DNA from: Candidatus Kaiserbacteria bacterium
Lineage (GTDB): Bacteria; Patescibacteriota; Minisyncoccia; Phycocordibacterales; UBA2100
NCBI GenBank assembly: GCA_003164215.1
Contig: PLSR01000017.1
Location: 28,656-92,655, forward strand
DNA: 64,000 bases
Direction of reading: 5' to 3'
Below the pieces are notes generated by a model. The model did no database searches, was not told where the DNA came from, and saw only the letters and a list, made by a program, of their open reading frames with translations. Below, piece after piece: positions 18,961 through 29,721 of this stretch. The position numbers were made by a program, and so were the translations under genes. Positions within the stretch are counted from its first letter, which is position 1. Each line of letters starts with the position of its first letter.

Positions 18961-20166
18961 ATGAGAAAGAATTACACCCACGTCATACTCGCAGCACTCA
19001 TTCTTTTCGTCGCACCATTCTCCGCTTCCGCCGCGACGACGTTCGAGGTATCGGGATGGATGCCGTACTGGCGCGCTGCGACGAGCACGAACGATGTGTT
19101 ACCGCACTTGAGCGAGCTCACGGAGATCAACCCGTTCGTGTACTCAATGAGCACGATCGGCACGATCATCGACAACGGCCCGATGACATCGGCAGCATGG
19201 ACCGCTATCGTCGCGGCGGCGAAAGCACAAAAAGTCCGTGTCGTGCCGACCATTATGTGGAGCAATGGAACGGCGATCTACAATGTTTTGAGCAACGCGA
19301 AAACTCGTCAGGCATTGGAAACGAATATCGCAAAGCTTGTAAAGACCAACGGTTACGACGGCATCGACATTGACTTTGAGAACAAGACCGCCGCAACGAA
19401 AGATTATTTCTCACTGTTCCTCAAAGGTCTCTATTCGCGGATGGGCAACAAGTTCGTGACCTGCGACATCGAGGCGCGTACGCCGGTCTCCGCCGAATAC
19501 TACGGCACGGATGTCCCCTCAGGCGCCGGAGAATACGCAAACGACTACGTACAGATCAATAAATACTGCGATCGCGTGCATCTCATGACATACGATCAGC
19601 AGACCGTTGATCAACAGCTGGCCGCCGTTGCCGCTTCTTCGTCCGAGCTCTATGCGCCGGTCGCAGATCCAGCATGGGTGGAGGCAGTCGTTGATCTTGC
19701 AAAACAATCCATCAATCCCAAAAAGATCATTGTCGGCATTCCGACCTATGGATACGAGTATCAAGTGACCGCATATGCGAACAGCCAGTATGTCTATGAC
19801 ATTCTCTGGACCTTCGATCCCGGCTATGCCAAACAGATCGAGATGCAATACGGTGTCACGCCCGTGCGCAATGCCGCCGGAGAAATGACGCTGACCTATG
19901 TGCCGTCTTCATCGCCGGCCGCACCGAGCCCCGCTCTCTCGATCGGTTCGATGGATGGGCTCACTGCAGCGGCCGCCGCGAGCTTGTATGCGACGACCTA
20001 TAATTCACATCTTACGTTCAACCTGCTCGACTGGAGCGATGCACAATCGGTCACCGACAAGGTCGCGCTAGCCAAAGCGCTCGGTGTGCGCGGTGTCGCG
20101 CTCTTCGAATTCGACGGCGGTGAAGATCCCGCGATCTGGAACGCGCTTCAAGGCGTCAAAACCTAG
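18961..20166 (+). CDS. Secreted glycoside hydrolase family 18
   Basis: YDGIDIDFE catalytic motif, MTYD, signal peptide. Confidence 0.9.
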   Translation: MRKNYTHVILAALILFVAPFSASAATTFEVSGWMPYWRAATSTNDVLPHLSELTEINPFVYSMSTIGTIIDNGPMTSAAWTAIVAAAKAQKVRVVPTIMWSNGTAIYNVLSNAKTRQALETNIAKLVKTNGYDGIDIDFENKTAATKDYFSLFLKGLYSRMGNKFVTCDIEARTPVSAEYYGTDVPSGAGEYANDYVQINKYCDRVHLMTYDQQTVDQQLAAVAASSSELYAPVADPAWVEAVVDLAKQSINPKKIIVGIPTYGYEYQVTAYANSQYVYDILWTFDPGYAKQIEMQYGVTPVRNAAGEMTLTYVPSSSPAAPSPALSIGSMDGLTAAAAASLYATTYNSHLTFNLLDWSDAQSVTDKVALAKALGVRGVALFEFDGGEDPAIWNALQGVKT

Positions 20167-20169
20167 GAC

Positions 20170-20225
20170 CTACAAAGCTCAGAGCTTTGTAGTTATCCAC
20201 AGAAGTTACCAAGCTCTGAGCTTGG
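20170..20225. repeat. Paired palindrome repeat, copy C, with a perfect DnaA box
   Basis: CTACAAAGCTC-A-GAGCTTTGTAG, TTATCCACA (20193-20201), CCAAGCTC-T-GAGCTTGG. Confidence 0.85.
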
Positions 20226-20270
20226 GGCCGGGGGTTGTTTTTTTCTGACATCGTGTACAATGGGGGAACT

Positions 20271-21137
20271 ATGTCTGAAGACGCAATGAATAGGCACACA
20301 CATTCACATTCGCATCAGGATGCCCCGTCGCCACAGCCGTCAGTTGTGACGGCAGCGACCGAGCCGGAGCAGGTCGCGACACCTGTCGCGGCGCCCACAA
20401 AACGCGACTGGAGCAATTTGTACACACCTATCGCAATCGTCGTTGCCGGTATTTTCGTCGCAGGCGGCCTTATGGTCGGACTTTCACATGGTGGAACCGG
20501 GGCCACGGCGGGTACAGCACCTGCCGGCGCACAGGCCGCCGCACCGTCCGTCAACATCAAGGATGTGAAGACCGACGGTGAGTCGTATATCGGCAACGCC
20601 AATGCGCCGGTCGTCATGGCGTTCTGGTCCGACTATCAGTGCCCGTATTGCCGAGCGTTCGAAGTCGGGGGCATTCCGCAGATCACGACACCTGCTGCGT
20701 TTCCTGACATCGTAAAAAATTACGTAGATACCGGAAAGCTCAAAGTCGTTTTCAAAGACTACCAGTTCCTCGGACAGAATTCGATAGACGATGGCGAGTA
20801 TGCTCGCGCGATTTGGACATTATACCCGCAGCAATATTTTGCATGGCGCGAGGCAATGTACAACCAGCAGCCCGAAGAGAACAGTCTAAGCGAGGCGGCG
20901 AACAAGTCACATGTCGAGAAAGTCACGTCGTCGATAACTGGTATCAACTTACAAGCGGTTGAGGCGAATATTGCGAAGAATAAGGCGACCTATGACGCCG
21001 CGATGCAGGCAGACGAGGCAGAAGGCGCGAGCTTCGGTATCCAGGGCACGCCGGGATTCATCATAGGAACGACTTTGATCGCGGGAGCAGAGCCGCTTGC
21101 CACCTTCACGGCCGCGATCGACGCTCAACTTAAGTAA
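20271..21137 (+). CDS. DsbA/thioredoxin-fold protein
   Basis: SDYQCPYC and GIQGTP; TM anchor. Confidence 0.9.
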   Translation: MSEDAMNRHTHSHSHQDAPSPQPSVVTAATEPEQVATPVAAPTKRDWSNLYTPIAIVVAGIFVAGGLMVGLSHGGTGATAGTAPAGAQAAAPSVNIKDVKTDGESYIGNANAPVVMAFWSDYQCPYCRAFEVGGIPQITTPAAFPDIVKNYVDTGKLKVVFKDYQFLGQNSIDDGEYARAIWTLYPQQYFAWREAMYNQQPEENSLSEAANKSHVEKVTSSITGINLQAVEANIAKNKATYDAAMQADEAEGASFGIQGTPGFIIGTTLIAGAEPLATFTAAIDAQLK

Positions 21138-21229
21138 TTGGTGCATATTTGACGTCGAGATTAAAATAGTGCACAATGGGTCTACGGATGCCTCGAAGGG
21201 GCATTTTCTTTTGAAGCGAAACAATAATT

Positions 21230-23020
21230 ATGGAAATACGAAATATCGCAATAATCGCACACGTTGACCACGGCAAGACGACGCTGACCGATGCACTGAT
21301 GAAGCAGACCGGTGTCGCCGAGGAGGGCGTCTCGATGGACAGCAACACGCTCGAAAAAGAGCGCGGGATCACTATTTACGCCAAGAATGCAGCCGTTTTC
21401 TATAAGGACACCAAGATCAACATTGTCGACACGCCTGGCCACGCTGATTTCGGAAGCGAAGTGGAGCGCGTGCTTCGCTCGATCGACTCGGTTTTGCTCG
21501 TCGTCGATGCACAGGAAGGCCCGATGCCACAGACGCGTTTTGTCTTGAAGAAGTCCTTGGAGCTCGGTCTCAAGCCGATCGTCATCATCAACAAGATAGA
21601 CAAGCCCGCCGCTGATCCTGCACGCTGTGAAGAGCAAGTACTCGAACTTTTTCTTGAGCTCGGCGCTTCCAATGAACAGTCTGATTTTCCAGTCGTCTAT
21701 TCGATCGGGCGACAGGGGATCGCGAGGCTCAAGCTTACGGATGAGTCGACCGATCTCACACCGCTTCTTGATACGATCCTCAAACATGTTCCGCCGGCGT
21801 CTACCGCCGAAGCAGCGGCGAAGCCGTTGCGCGCGCAACCCTTTAATCTCGGCTATGACAATTTCCTCGGACGACTCGCGATCGCGCGCGTCTACGAGGG
21901 AACGCTCAAGACCGGCTCACAAGTCTTCATAAAACATCCATCGTCTCCGACGAGCTCCGGGAAGATCGTCAAAATGTTCACCTTCAGAGGATTGCAAAAG
22001 ATCGAGGCAACCGAAGTTTCCGCGGGCGATATCGTCATGATCGCCGGCCTTCCCGATATTTACATCGGAGAGACGATCACCGATGACCCGGCGACCGAGC
22101 CCTTGGCCGCAATCTCGATCGACGAACCCACCATCACCTTGAATTTCCTCGTCAATAATTCGCCATTCGCGGGGCGGGAAGGTAAATTTGTCACGTCACG
22201 TCAGATCCGTGACCGTCTCGAACGTGAGCTTGAGGTCAACGTCGGTCTCAAAGTAGATTTCGAGAGCGAGGGTGATACCGGATATCGAGTTTCCGGCCGC
22301 GGCGAATTGCACATCGCGATCTTGCTCGAGAACATGCGCCGCGAAGGTTACGAAATGCAGGTCTCACAGCCACAGGTCATTTTCCACGAAGTGGACGGCG
22401 AGAAGCTCGAACCGTTCGAGGAAGTCATCATCGACACACCACAGACCTACCAGGGCGCGATCATCGAGCGCTTGGGCACACGAAAGTTCGTCATGAAGGA
22501 TCTTAAGATCCACGAGAACCAAGTCCGTCTTACCTTCGAAGGACCGACACGCGGACTTCTCGGCTACCGCAACCAATTCGTTCTCGATACGAAAGGCGAG
22601 GGAATCATGTCGTCGCGCGTCGTCGGATTCAAACCGTATGCAGGCGAGATCAAGCGCAAGCAAGTCGGCTCGATGATCTCGATGACCTCCGGCAAGGCGC
22701 TCGGCTTCGCGTTGTGGAATCTTCAGGAGCGCGGCGTTATCTATATCTCTCCGGCAGTTGAGGTATACGAAGGCATGGTCATCGGCAACACCAGCAAGGG
22801 CGAGGAAATGGAGGTCAATCCGACCAAGGGCAAACAACTCACCAACATGCGCGCATCCGGCAGTGACGAAGCGATCAACCTCATCCCGCCGTACACCCTC
22901 ACCATCGAGCGCGGACTCGAAGTTATGGCCGAAGACGAATATCTCGAGATCACTCCGATATCCGTCCGTTTACGCAAAATGTATTTAACCGATCTTGATC
23001 GAGTACGTGCGAGGCGATAA
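21230..23020 (+). CDS. typA: Translational GTPase TypA/BipA
   Basis: [40 protein letters not shown]. Confidence 0.97.
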   Translation: MEIRNIAIIAHVDHGKTTLTDALMKQTGVAEEGVSMDSNTLEKERGITIYAKNAAVFYKDTKINIVDTPGHADFGSEVERVLRSIDSVLLVVDAQEGPMPQTRFVLKKSLELGLKPIVIINKIDKPAADPARCEEQVLELFLELGASNEQSDFPVVYSIGRQGIARLKLTDESTDLTPLLDTILKHVPPASTAEAAAKPLRAQPFNLGYDNFLGRLAIARVYEGTLKTGSQVFIKHPSSPTSSGKIVKMFTFRGLQKIEATEVSAGDIVMIAGLPDIYIGETITDDPATEPLAAISIDEPTITLNFLVNNSPFAGREGKFVTSRQIRDRLERELEVNVGLKVDFESEGDTGYRVSGRGELHIAILLENMRREGYEMQVSQPQVIFHEVDGEKLEPFEEVIIDTPQTYQGAIIERLGTRKFVMKDLKIHENQVRLTFEGPTRGLLGYRNQFVLDTKGEGIMSSRVVGFKPYAGEIKRKQVGSMISMTSGKALGFALWNLQERGVIYISPAVEVYEGMVIGNTSKGEEMEVNPTKGKQLTNMRASGSDEAINLIPPYTLTIERGLEVMAEDEYLEITPISVRLRKMYLTDLDRVRARR

Positions 23021-23122
23021 AGGGGACTTTTTGGTGCTATTGACTATTGTCAATAAAGTAGTATAATTACCCCAGTACAGTAGCACCATGCTGCTGTCAA
23101 AGATCAGACGGAGGCCACGAAG

Positions 23123-23329
23123 ATGTTGAAACATTTGCAGCCGGTCGGACTCGATGCCTATATGTGCGAGTCAGGATGCTCGCATATTTACAAGGCGGTC
23201 GATGCAACGCGGCGGAACTTCACGTGTCCGGAATGCGGTCACAATCTCGTCGGCAAGTCAGACTCGTCCCTCCTTGCCGCGAGCAAGCCCTTGATCGCTG
23301 ATATGCAGCGTCAACTTGCCGGCATGTAG
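23123..23329 (+). CDS. Small Zn-ribbon protein
   Basis: CESGC...FTCPECG; upstream TTGACT-N16-TATAAT and GGAGG. Confidence 0.6.
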   Translation: MLKHLQPVGLDAYMCESGCSHIYKAVDATRRNFTCPECGHNLVGKSDSSLLAASKPLIADMQRQLAGM

Positions 23330-23409
23330 TGTGAACATCTTCACGCACAAAAAAGGAAAGGCGACCCGTTGGGCCGCCTTTTGCTTTGTCATCATAATCA
23401 CATTGACGA

Positions 23410-23916
23410 ATGCTCAAATCCGTCCTACAATTATATCTGGCACCTTGCGGTTGCGGAAAGGTGCGTTGGCGGGAGGCCATTGTGGATCCAAAAAAGCGAA
23501 AAGCGTATATCGACTGGCTCATCGCAGAGATGCGAGCGAGGGCAAAGCTGGCGCAGCGCGAAGCGTTCGAACTCGAGGAATACATGCGGCATCAGTCGAG
23601 TGGTAGGATACCGGGTACATCGGCGATCAAGGATCTCGTGTGCTTCTTTGGGCAAGCGTTCGGAATGGTGAGCGACTCTCCTGAATTCTTTGGGGGGGAG
23701 GCTCTTCAGCTCGAACACTGGGCATTGATCCTTGGCTGCTTTTTCGGGAGCGTCCCTGACCTCGACGATACGAACATTCATCATCACGTTCGGGGTTTGT
23801 ATGACCTCTTGAGGAGGCCATTCGAGATCACCGCGCGGCGCCCCGGTGATTATGCAGAGATGGTTCGCGCATGTGCTGCGCTGCAGTGCGAAACGTTGGA
23901 TCAAATGGCGGCATAA
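23410..23916 (+). CDS. Hypothetical protein (start uncertain)
   Basis: Longest ORF between two terminator-like hairpins. Confidence 0.45.
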   Translation: MLKSVLQLYLAPCGCGKVRWREAIVDPKKRKAYIDWLIAEMRARAKLAQREAFELEEYMRHQSSGRIPGTSAIKDLVCFFGQAFGMVSDSPEFFGGEALQLEHWALILGCFFGSVPDLDDTNIHHHVRGLYDLLRRPFEITARRPGDYAEMVRACAALQCETLDQMAA

Positions 23917-24079
23917 GAACCGCAACAGAAACAGGAAATGGAGGAAGCAATCAAGCGTCGGGGACCCCGGCGCTTTCGTTTATAAAATTTTGCTATTGAC
24001 TTATTTACGTTGCATAATATGATTTCGCTTAGGTGCACTCGCGGCGGAGTGTGTCACTGTCTTCGGACGGGAGGAAGCG

Positions 24080-24271
24080 ATGCGACTTTTCAATAAAAGA
24101 CGGTCGGCGAAGACGGGGACGGCAATGTTGTTCGACGAGGTGGAAGATCGGCATGAGGCTGATATCTCTCGGCGACAATGGTTCGTGCTCGTATGGGGAG
24201 GTGGTGCGATCGGGGCCGTCATTGTCCTCGTCCCCGTGATCTTGGCGCTGAAGAAATTGATTTCCGGATGA
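24080..24271 (+). CDS. Small membrane protein
   Basis: GGAGG SD; C-terminal TM. Confidence 0.55.
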   Translation: MRLFNKRRSAKTGTAMLFDEVEDRHEADISRRQWFVLVWGGGAIGAVIVLVPVILALKKLISG

Positions 24272-24354
24272 ACGATCGAATATGGGCGCGACGGAGAATT
24301 CTCTCCGCCGCGCCCTGAACGTTTGTATGACGAGCGATTTGATATAATGCCTCA

Positions 24355-24750
24355 ATGACTGAAAAACCGATGCCCGAGAATGAAGAAGAGTGGCAGAAAA
24401 TGCTCACACCCGAGCAATATAAGATCTTGCGCGAGAAGGGGACGGAGGCGCCTTTTACTGGTGAATATGTGCACGAAAAAGCCGACGGCACCTACGCATG
24501 CGTTGCGTGCGGCAATCCGCTTTTCTCATCGGATGCGAAGTTCGATTCCGGAACCGGTTGGCCGTCCTTTGACCAGGCCCTGCCGGGCGCGGTTGAGACC
24601 ACTACCGACAATTCGCAAGGCATGTCGCGCACCGAAATAACCTGTGCACGATGCGGCTCGCATTTGGGGCATATATTCGACGACGGCCCGACCGCAACCG
24701 GAAAACGCTACTGTATCAATTCCGTCTGTCTCGACCTGGAAGAGAAATAA
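24355..24750 (+). CDS. msrB: Peptide-methionine (R)-S-oxide reductase
   Basis: GTGWPSF, HLGHIFDDGP, RYCINS. Confidence 0.97.
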   Translation: MTEKPMPENEEEWQKMLTPEQYKILREKGTEAPFTGEYVHEKADGTYACVACGNPLFSSDAKFDSGTGWPSFDQALPGAVETTTDNSQGMSRTEITCARCGSHLGHIFDDGPTATGKRYCINSVCLDLEEK

Positions 24751-24772
24751 TAATGTGTAGTATACTGAATCC

Positions 24773-25054
24773 ATGAGCCAATTCCTGGAAATGGACATAT
24801 TTTTCTTGGTGACGACCATCGTCGTCATTGCGATCGGTGTCTTTCTCGTACTCATTCTCATGCGGATCTGGCGGATTCTCGGTCACGTCGAGAATATATC
24901 GAAGGATGTATCGGAGGAGAGCGCACTTCTGCGCGACGACATCGGTGACCTGCGTGAGAAGATTCGCGTCGAAGGTTTCAAGGTTTTCACCCTCGGAGCA
25001 TTTCTCAACAAAGCGTTCAAGCGATTTACCGGCCGATCCGGCAAGCGTCAGTGA
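24773..25054 (+). CDS. Small membrane protein with coiled coil
   Basis: N-terminal TM; TATACT-N6-ATG. Confidence 0.7.
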   Translation: MSQFLEMDIFFLVTTIVVIAIGVFLVLILMRIWRILGHVENISKDVSEESALLRDDIGDLREKIRVEGFKVFTLGAFLNKAFKRFTGRSGKRQ

Positions 25055-25105
25055 TCTGGCGAACGAGACGCATGAGCGATTATTTGAATAGCTAATACCA
25101 ATCAT

Positions 25106-25516
25106 ATGGCAAATGGAAAGAATGGGGCAGGGGCATTGAAGGTGGTCGCGGCACTCGCGGGGGCGGCTGCAGCAGGATATTATTTTTACGGGAGCAAGGA
25201 GGCAAAGACACATCGCAAGATCGCGGCGAAGTGGGCGGGTAATATGAAATCAGATGTGCTCAAACAGGCAAAGAAAGTGAAGGATCTCGATCGTAAAACG
25301 CTTGAAGGCATCGTCGTCAACGCGCAAAAGACATATGCCGGCTTGAAGAATATGGATCGCAGAGAAGTCGAGCGCGCCGGGCGCGAGCTCAAGAGTAATT
25401 GGCAGGAGGTGATGAAAGAACTCGGTAAGGGTGCAGCATCGACCAAGAAAACTGCGGCCAAAGCGGTTAAGAAGAGCGTCAAGACGGTCAAGAAAGTTAC
25501 AAAAAAGATCGCATAG
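25106..25516 (+). CDS. Lys-rich hypothetical protein
   Basis: AAAAGYYFYG anchor with basic tail. Confidence 0.7.
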   Translation: MANGKNGAGALKVVAALAGAAAAGYYFYGSKEAKTHRKIAAKWAGNMKSDVLKQAKKVKDLDRKTLEGIVVNAQKTYAGLKNMDRREVERAGRELKSNWQEVMKELGKGAASTKKTAAKAVKKSVKTVKKVTKKIA

Positions 25517-25527
25517 CTGAATGTCGC

Positions 25528-26514
25528 ATGATCGAGGAAGCGATCATCGAGCGGGCGCAAAAAGCGATCGATGAACGCGTGTTCCCGGGATGCGTTGTCG
25601 GTGCGGTGTATGCGGATGGCGGGCGCATTATAATTCCACTTGGGTCACTAACCTATGAACGCGTTGCCTCCGAAGTGCGCGCCGCGACCGTGTATGATCT
25701 CGCATCTGTTACGAAATCCATACCTGTCGCATCGCTCGCGCTTGCGTTCACTGCGGAAGGGAAGCTCGCGCTCGCCGATCCTGTGGTCAACCATTTGCCA
25801 GAACTTCAGAACGACTTTGGCACCACGATCGAAGATCTCCTGCGATATCGCGTGCATGGCGTCCAGCTTTCGACCTTGCGTCGTATGACATCTGACGAAA
25901 TTCGAAACTATGTTTTCGAGCGCGGATTCGACGCGCCGCCCGGAGATTCGAACTATACGAATCTTCCCGCATTCGTTCTCGGGATGATCATTGAACGGGT
26001 CGGTGGTGCGTCGCTTGAAACACTTGGTCGATCATATTTCTTCGATCGATTCGATATGCCTGCGACAACATTCTTCCCGGATGCTGCAGATTGCGCTCCG
26101 ACGGAGGTCGACGAACGCGGTGAAGTACGCGGATCGCCGCATGATGAGAGCGCGTATCAATTCGCGATCGCACACGCATGCGCGGGACATGCAGGACTTT
26201 TTTCTACCGTTCCCGACCTCTTGAATTTTCTCGAAGCGCTGCTACGCGCAGACGATGGATTTACGAAATCCATCATGGACGCTGCGGAGGCAGGGCTCGG
26301 TTGGCAAATCGAGGGGGATTTTTTAGGTCATTACGCAGACGTTCGTGCGTTCGGCAAAACAGGATTCACCGGCACCAGTGTCTGTATCGATCCAACCAAA
26401 GGTATCGCGTTCGTCATACTTTCCAATTGTACGTATCCCAAGCGACCGGCGGATAATGCGGCAATAAATTCGTTTCGATCGGACATTGCCGACATCATTC
26501 TCGGATCTATTTAA
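25528..26514 (+). CDS. Serine hydrolase, beta-lactamase family
   Basis: ASVTK, YTN, KTGFTG. Confidence 0.85.
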   Translation: MIEEAIIERAQKAIDERVFPGCVVGAVYADGGRIIIPLGSLTYERVASEVRAATVYDLASVTKSIPVASLALAFTAEGKLALADPVVNHLPELQNDFGTTIEDLLRYRVHGVQLSTLRRMTSDEIRNYVFERGFDAPPGDSNYTNLPAFVLGMIIERVGGASLETLGRSYFFDRFDMPATTFFPDAADCAPTEVDERGEVRGSPHDESAYQFAIAHACAGHAGLFSTVPDLLNFLEALLRADDGFTKSIMDAAEAGLGWQIEGDFLGHYADVRAFGKTGFTGTSVCIDPTKGIAFVILSNCTYPKRPADNAAINSFRSDIADIILGSI

Positions 26515-28276
26515 CCGTCACGCTTTTGGCGATGTTGCGCGGCTTGTCCACGTTGTGATCAAGTTCGACCGCCATGTAGTAGGCAAGTAATTGCAAGGGG
26601 ATGATGTTGAGGATCGCGCTCGTCTCCTTGGTATCGGGGACTGCCAGAAATTCATCGAAGTTCTCGTCCGTCTGTGGGGCGATGCCGAAAACTGACGCGC
26701 CTCGGGCGCGAACTTCGTGTATCGCGTTCAATACGCTCGCGCGCACTTCGTCGTTGCTGACCGCCGTGATTACCGAGACCCCCGGCGCCATCAACGTTAT
26801 CGCATAATGTTTGAGGTCTCCCGCAGGGATCGCGTGAGCATGTACGTACGAACCCTCGATGATCTTCACCATACCTTCGCGGATGATCTGCAGGTTCTGA
26901 CCTTTACCCAAGAGATAGAGATGTTCTTTGTGCGCTAGACGTGACGCATGGCCCCTCACTTTGGCAATGAATTTGTCATCCGCGAGCAGTTTCTCGGTCT
27001 CGGTCGCCAGCTTTTTGAGATTTCGTTTTCCCTCGGCCAATTTTCCCTCGACTGCCTTCGCGACGAGGTACCCCCACGCGATCTGCGACACGAAGATCTT
27101 CGTCGACATGACACAGATCTCGGGGCCGGCATTCGCCATGAACTTATGATCCGACAGACGCGTCATCATACTGCCCGGCATATTCACGAAGCTCGCGATG
27201 GTAGCCCTGCGAGCATGTACCAGTTCGAGTACTTCGAGCACATCGGCTGTTTCGCCGCTCTGCGACGGCGCGATGAGAACGTCGCCCTTACTGATCAATG
27301 ATTTGTATTCAAACGCTTCGGCTCCGATGAGCTCCTTTGCGTCGATATGTCCATAAAGCCGAAGATAAAATGCCATTTGCGCTGCTGCGGCACCGGCAGT
27401 ACCCGAACCGATCGTATAGACGCGCCGCGCCCGTTTGATCGCTCGCGCGAGCGCGAGATACGTAGCATCCGATTCTTTGATGACCTGCCGAATGACGAAC
27501 GGCGCCTCGTAGATCTCTTTGAGCATGTAGTGATCATAGGCACCTTTTGAAACCACCACATCTTTGAGGAGGTTTTTTTCATAGACCTGCTTGATCTTCT
27601 TACCGGTCGCAATGCTCGACAGCGTAATCGCTCTTTCACGCACGGCAACCATCTCTCCGTTGTCCAACACGAGGATGGACTTCACGTGGGGGGCGCATGA
27701 GAATACGTCAGACGAAAGATAGATTTCCGATGAGGTCCCCAAGCCGAGAACGAGCGGGGAACCATTGCGTGCAGCGATGATCTCGCCACTTTTCGCGAGC
27801 ACAATGATCGTATTGCGTCCTTCGAGATCTTTGAACGACAATCGTACGGCTTCAGAAAGTGTTTTTGCTTTGCGCATGCGCCGCTCGATAAGTCGCACGA
27901 TGACCTCGGTATCTGTTTCCGAAATGAACTTGAACCCGTCTTTTTGAAGTGACGACTTAAGCGCGGGGGCGTTCTCGACGATACCGTTGTGGGCGAGCGC
28001 GAATGACCTGTCGCTCGAATAATGCGGATGCGCGTTCACATCTGTAACTTTGCCGTGCGTCGCCCAACGCGTATGACCGATACCGATGTGACTTCGTGGC
28101 AAACTCCCGGCGTCATAGCCCACGAGCCCGATATGTTTATCAACGCTGATAGATCCATTGCTCACGACGGCGATGCCCCAGCTGTCATATCCGCGGTACT
28201 CGAGTCGCTGTAAACCTTCTAACACTGCTTCGCGCGCATCACGCGCTGCTCCGGCATACCCAAAAATTCCACACAT
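26507..28276 (-). CDS. glmS: Glutamine-fructose-6-phosphate aminotransferase
   Basis: MCGIFG, LEYRGYDS, GHTRWATHG, DKPRNIAKSVTV. Confidence 0.97.
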   Translation of the reverse strand: MCGIFGYAGAARDAREAVLEGLQRLEYRGYDSWGIAVVSNGSISVDKHIGLVGYDAGSLPRSHIGIGHTRWATHGKVTDVNAHPHYSSDRSFALAHNGIVENAPALKSSLQKDGFKFISETDTEVIVRLIERRMRKAKTLSEAVRLSFKDLEGRNTIIVLAKSGEIIAARNGSPLVLGLGTSSEIYLSSDVFSCAPHVKSILVLDNGEMVAVRERAITLSSIATGKKIKQVYEKNLLKDVVVSKGAYDHYMLKEIYEAPFVIRQVIKESDATYLALARAIKRARRVYTIGSGTAGAAAAQMAFYLRLYGHIDAKELIGAEAFEYKSLISKGDVLIAPSQSGETADVLEVLELVHARRATIASFVNMPGSMMTRLSDHKFMANAGPEICVMSTKIFVSQIAWGYLVAKAVEGKLAEGKRNLKKLATETEKLLADDKFIAKVRGHASRLAHKEHLYLLGKGQNLQIIREGMVKIIEGSYVHAHAIPAGDLKHYAITLMAPGVSVITAVSNDEVRASVLNAIHEVRARGASVFGIAPQTDENFDEFLAVPDTKETSAILNIIPLQLLAYYMAVELDHNVDKPRNIAKSVTVK

Positions 28277-28291
28277 AGGTGTAAATGGAAG

Positions 28292-28471
28292 CGCTCCTCA
28301 TCGTCCCTTTGTTTTCGACGTCGCCGTCGGGTTTTTGGGAAGATGTAACGGCCTGGAGTACCGAAGGGTGCCCGCAGATACTACGAAGACGATTGCCTTC
28401 ATGTCCGATCGTCAGTCAAAGTGACTGACCCCTTTCCTCGTATCCCCACGTTCTACGTGGGGCCACACGCT
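28292..28471 (-). ncRNA. glmS ribozyme (divergent variant)
   Basis: Minus strand A|GCGTGTG, P1, ACGAGGA, ATCGG, CTGCGGGCACCCTTCGG, P3 loop CTCC pairing with 3' GGAG, and P4 with AAAA...GGCGAC...ACAAA; directly 5' of glmS. Confidence 0.75.
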
Positions 28472-28553
28472 CTCGTTCTTTTTCGCTTCGAAATTATTGC
28501 TTCTAATGCAGGCCGTTCATTCATAACGGCCTTCTTCAACAATAGCGCATATC

Positions 28554-28600
28554 AAAAAAAACAAAAGCCACCGCACCAAGACAGTACGGTGGCATTCATT
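28554..28600 (-). terminator. Intrinsic terminator after metK
   Basis: GCCACCGTAC...GTGCGGTGGC followed by TTTTGTTTTTTT on the minus strand. Confidence 0.7.
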
Positions 28601-28617
28601 CGTCGTATTCGGGCGAT

Positions 28618-29670
28618 CTAGATCTTCACGATCTCTTCCCATGAGCGACCGGCGACACCGAAGTGGCCGTACGCCGCTGTCTCACGGAATATCGGACGCG
28701 TAAGCCCGAGACGTTCGATGATCGCGCGCGGACGGAAGTCGAAATTCTTGATCACAATGTCGGTGAGGTTATTACCGCTATCGTCGAAGGCTTCGATCAT
28801 GACCGGCTCGATGCGACCGATCGCATACGCGACCGAGACGAGTGCCTTCTTCGCGTGGCCATTCGCCACGAGGTTCTTCGCGGCGAATCGGCACATATAG
28901 GCGGCCGAACGATCGACTTTCGTCGAATCTTTGCCGGAGAAGGCGCCCCCGCCGTGCGGCATAAGCCCCCCATACGTGTCGACCATGATCTTGCGACCGG
29001 TCAAGCCAGCATCGGCCGTGAATCCGCCAAGCACGAATTTGCCCGTCGGATTGACGAGGATCTCGATCTCATCGACCGAGCCAAGAATTGGGGTGAAAAG
29101 ATGTTCAATGAGTCCGGCGCGGATATCTTCCTGCGACACCTCTTCGGCATGCTGTGTCGAGGTGAGTGCGGTAATGACTTTTTTGCCGTCGATCGTGACT
29201 TGGGTCTTACCATCGGGACGAAGCCAGGTGAGTGTCTTGTCGCGACGTAATTTTTCAAGCCGACGAGCGAGCGCGTGCGAGAGCACGACGCCAAGCGGCA
29301 AGAATTCCGGCGTCTCATCCGTGGCGAATCCATACATGATGCCCTGATCGCCGGCGCCGCCGGTGTCCACTCCCTGCGCGATGTCGGGAGATTGCGCCTG
29401 GATCGTGTTAAGGACTTTTAGTTCATCGGCATAACCGATCTCCTTGTAGACCTGCCGCGCGATCGCTTCCGCGTCAATCTTGGCTGCGGTCTTTACTTCA
29501 CCGCCGAGCATAAGAGTGCCGTGGCTGCCGAATGATTCGACCGCGACGCGGCTCTTCGGATCTTGGGTGAGACATGCGTCGAGGATCGCATCGGAGATCT
29601 GATCGCACACTTTGTCGGGGTGACCTGAAGTCACGCTTTCTGTCGTATACCGCTCTAATGAATGGAACAT
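28618..29670 (-). CDS. metK: S-adenosylmethionine synthetase
   Basis: ESVTSGHPDK, GAGDQG, GGGAFSGKD. Confidence 0.97.
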   Translation of the reverse strand: MFHSLERYTTESVTSGHPDKVCDQISDAILDACLTQDPKSRVAVESFGSHGTLMLGGEVKTAAKIDAEAIARQVYKEIGYADELKVLNTIQAQSPDIAQGVDTGGAGDQGIMYGFATDETPEFLPLGVVLSHALARRLEKLRRDKTLTWLRPDGKTQVTIDGKKVITALTSTQHAEEVSQEDIRAGLIEHLFTPILGSVDEIEILVNPTGKFVLGGFTADAGLTGRKIMVDTYGGLMPHGGGAFSGKDSTKVDRSAAYMCRFAAKNLVANGHAKKALVSVAYAIGRIEPVMIEAFDDSGNNLTDIVIKNFDFRPRAIIERLGLTRPIFRETAAYGHFGVAGRSWEEIVKI

Positions 29671-29721
29671 AATTTTTTGCCTTATAACGAATAATCTCCC
29701 CAAAAGGGAGACTTAAACTAA

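Noticed and set aside
15732-20225. Repeats A-C as a CRISPR array
   Set aside because: The copies are kilobases apart and separated by genes; there are no spacers or cas genes.
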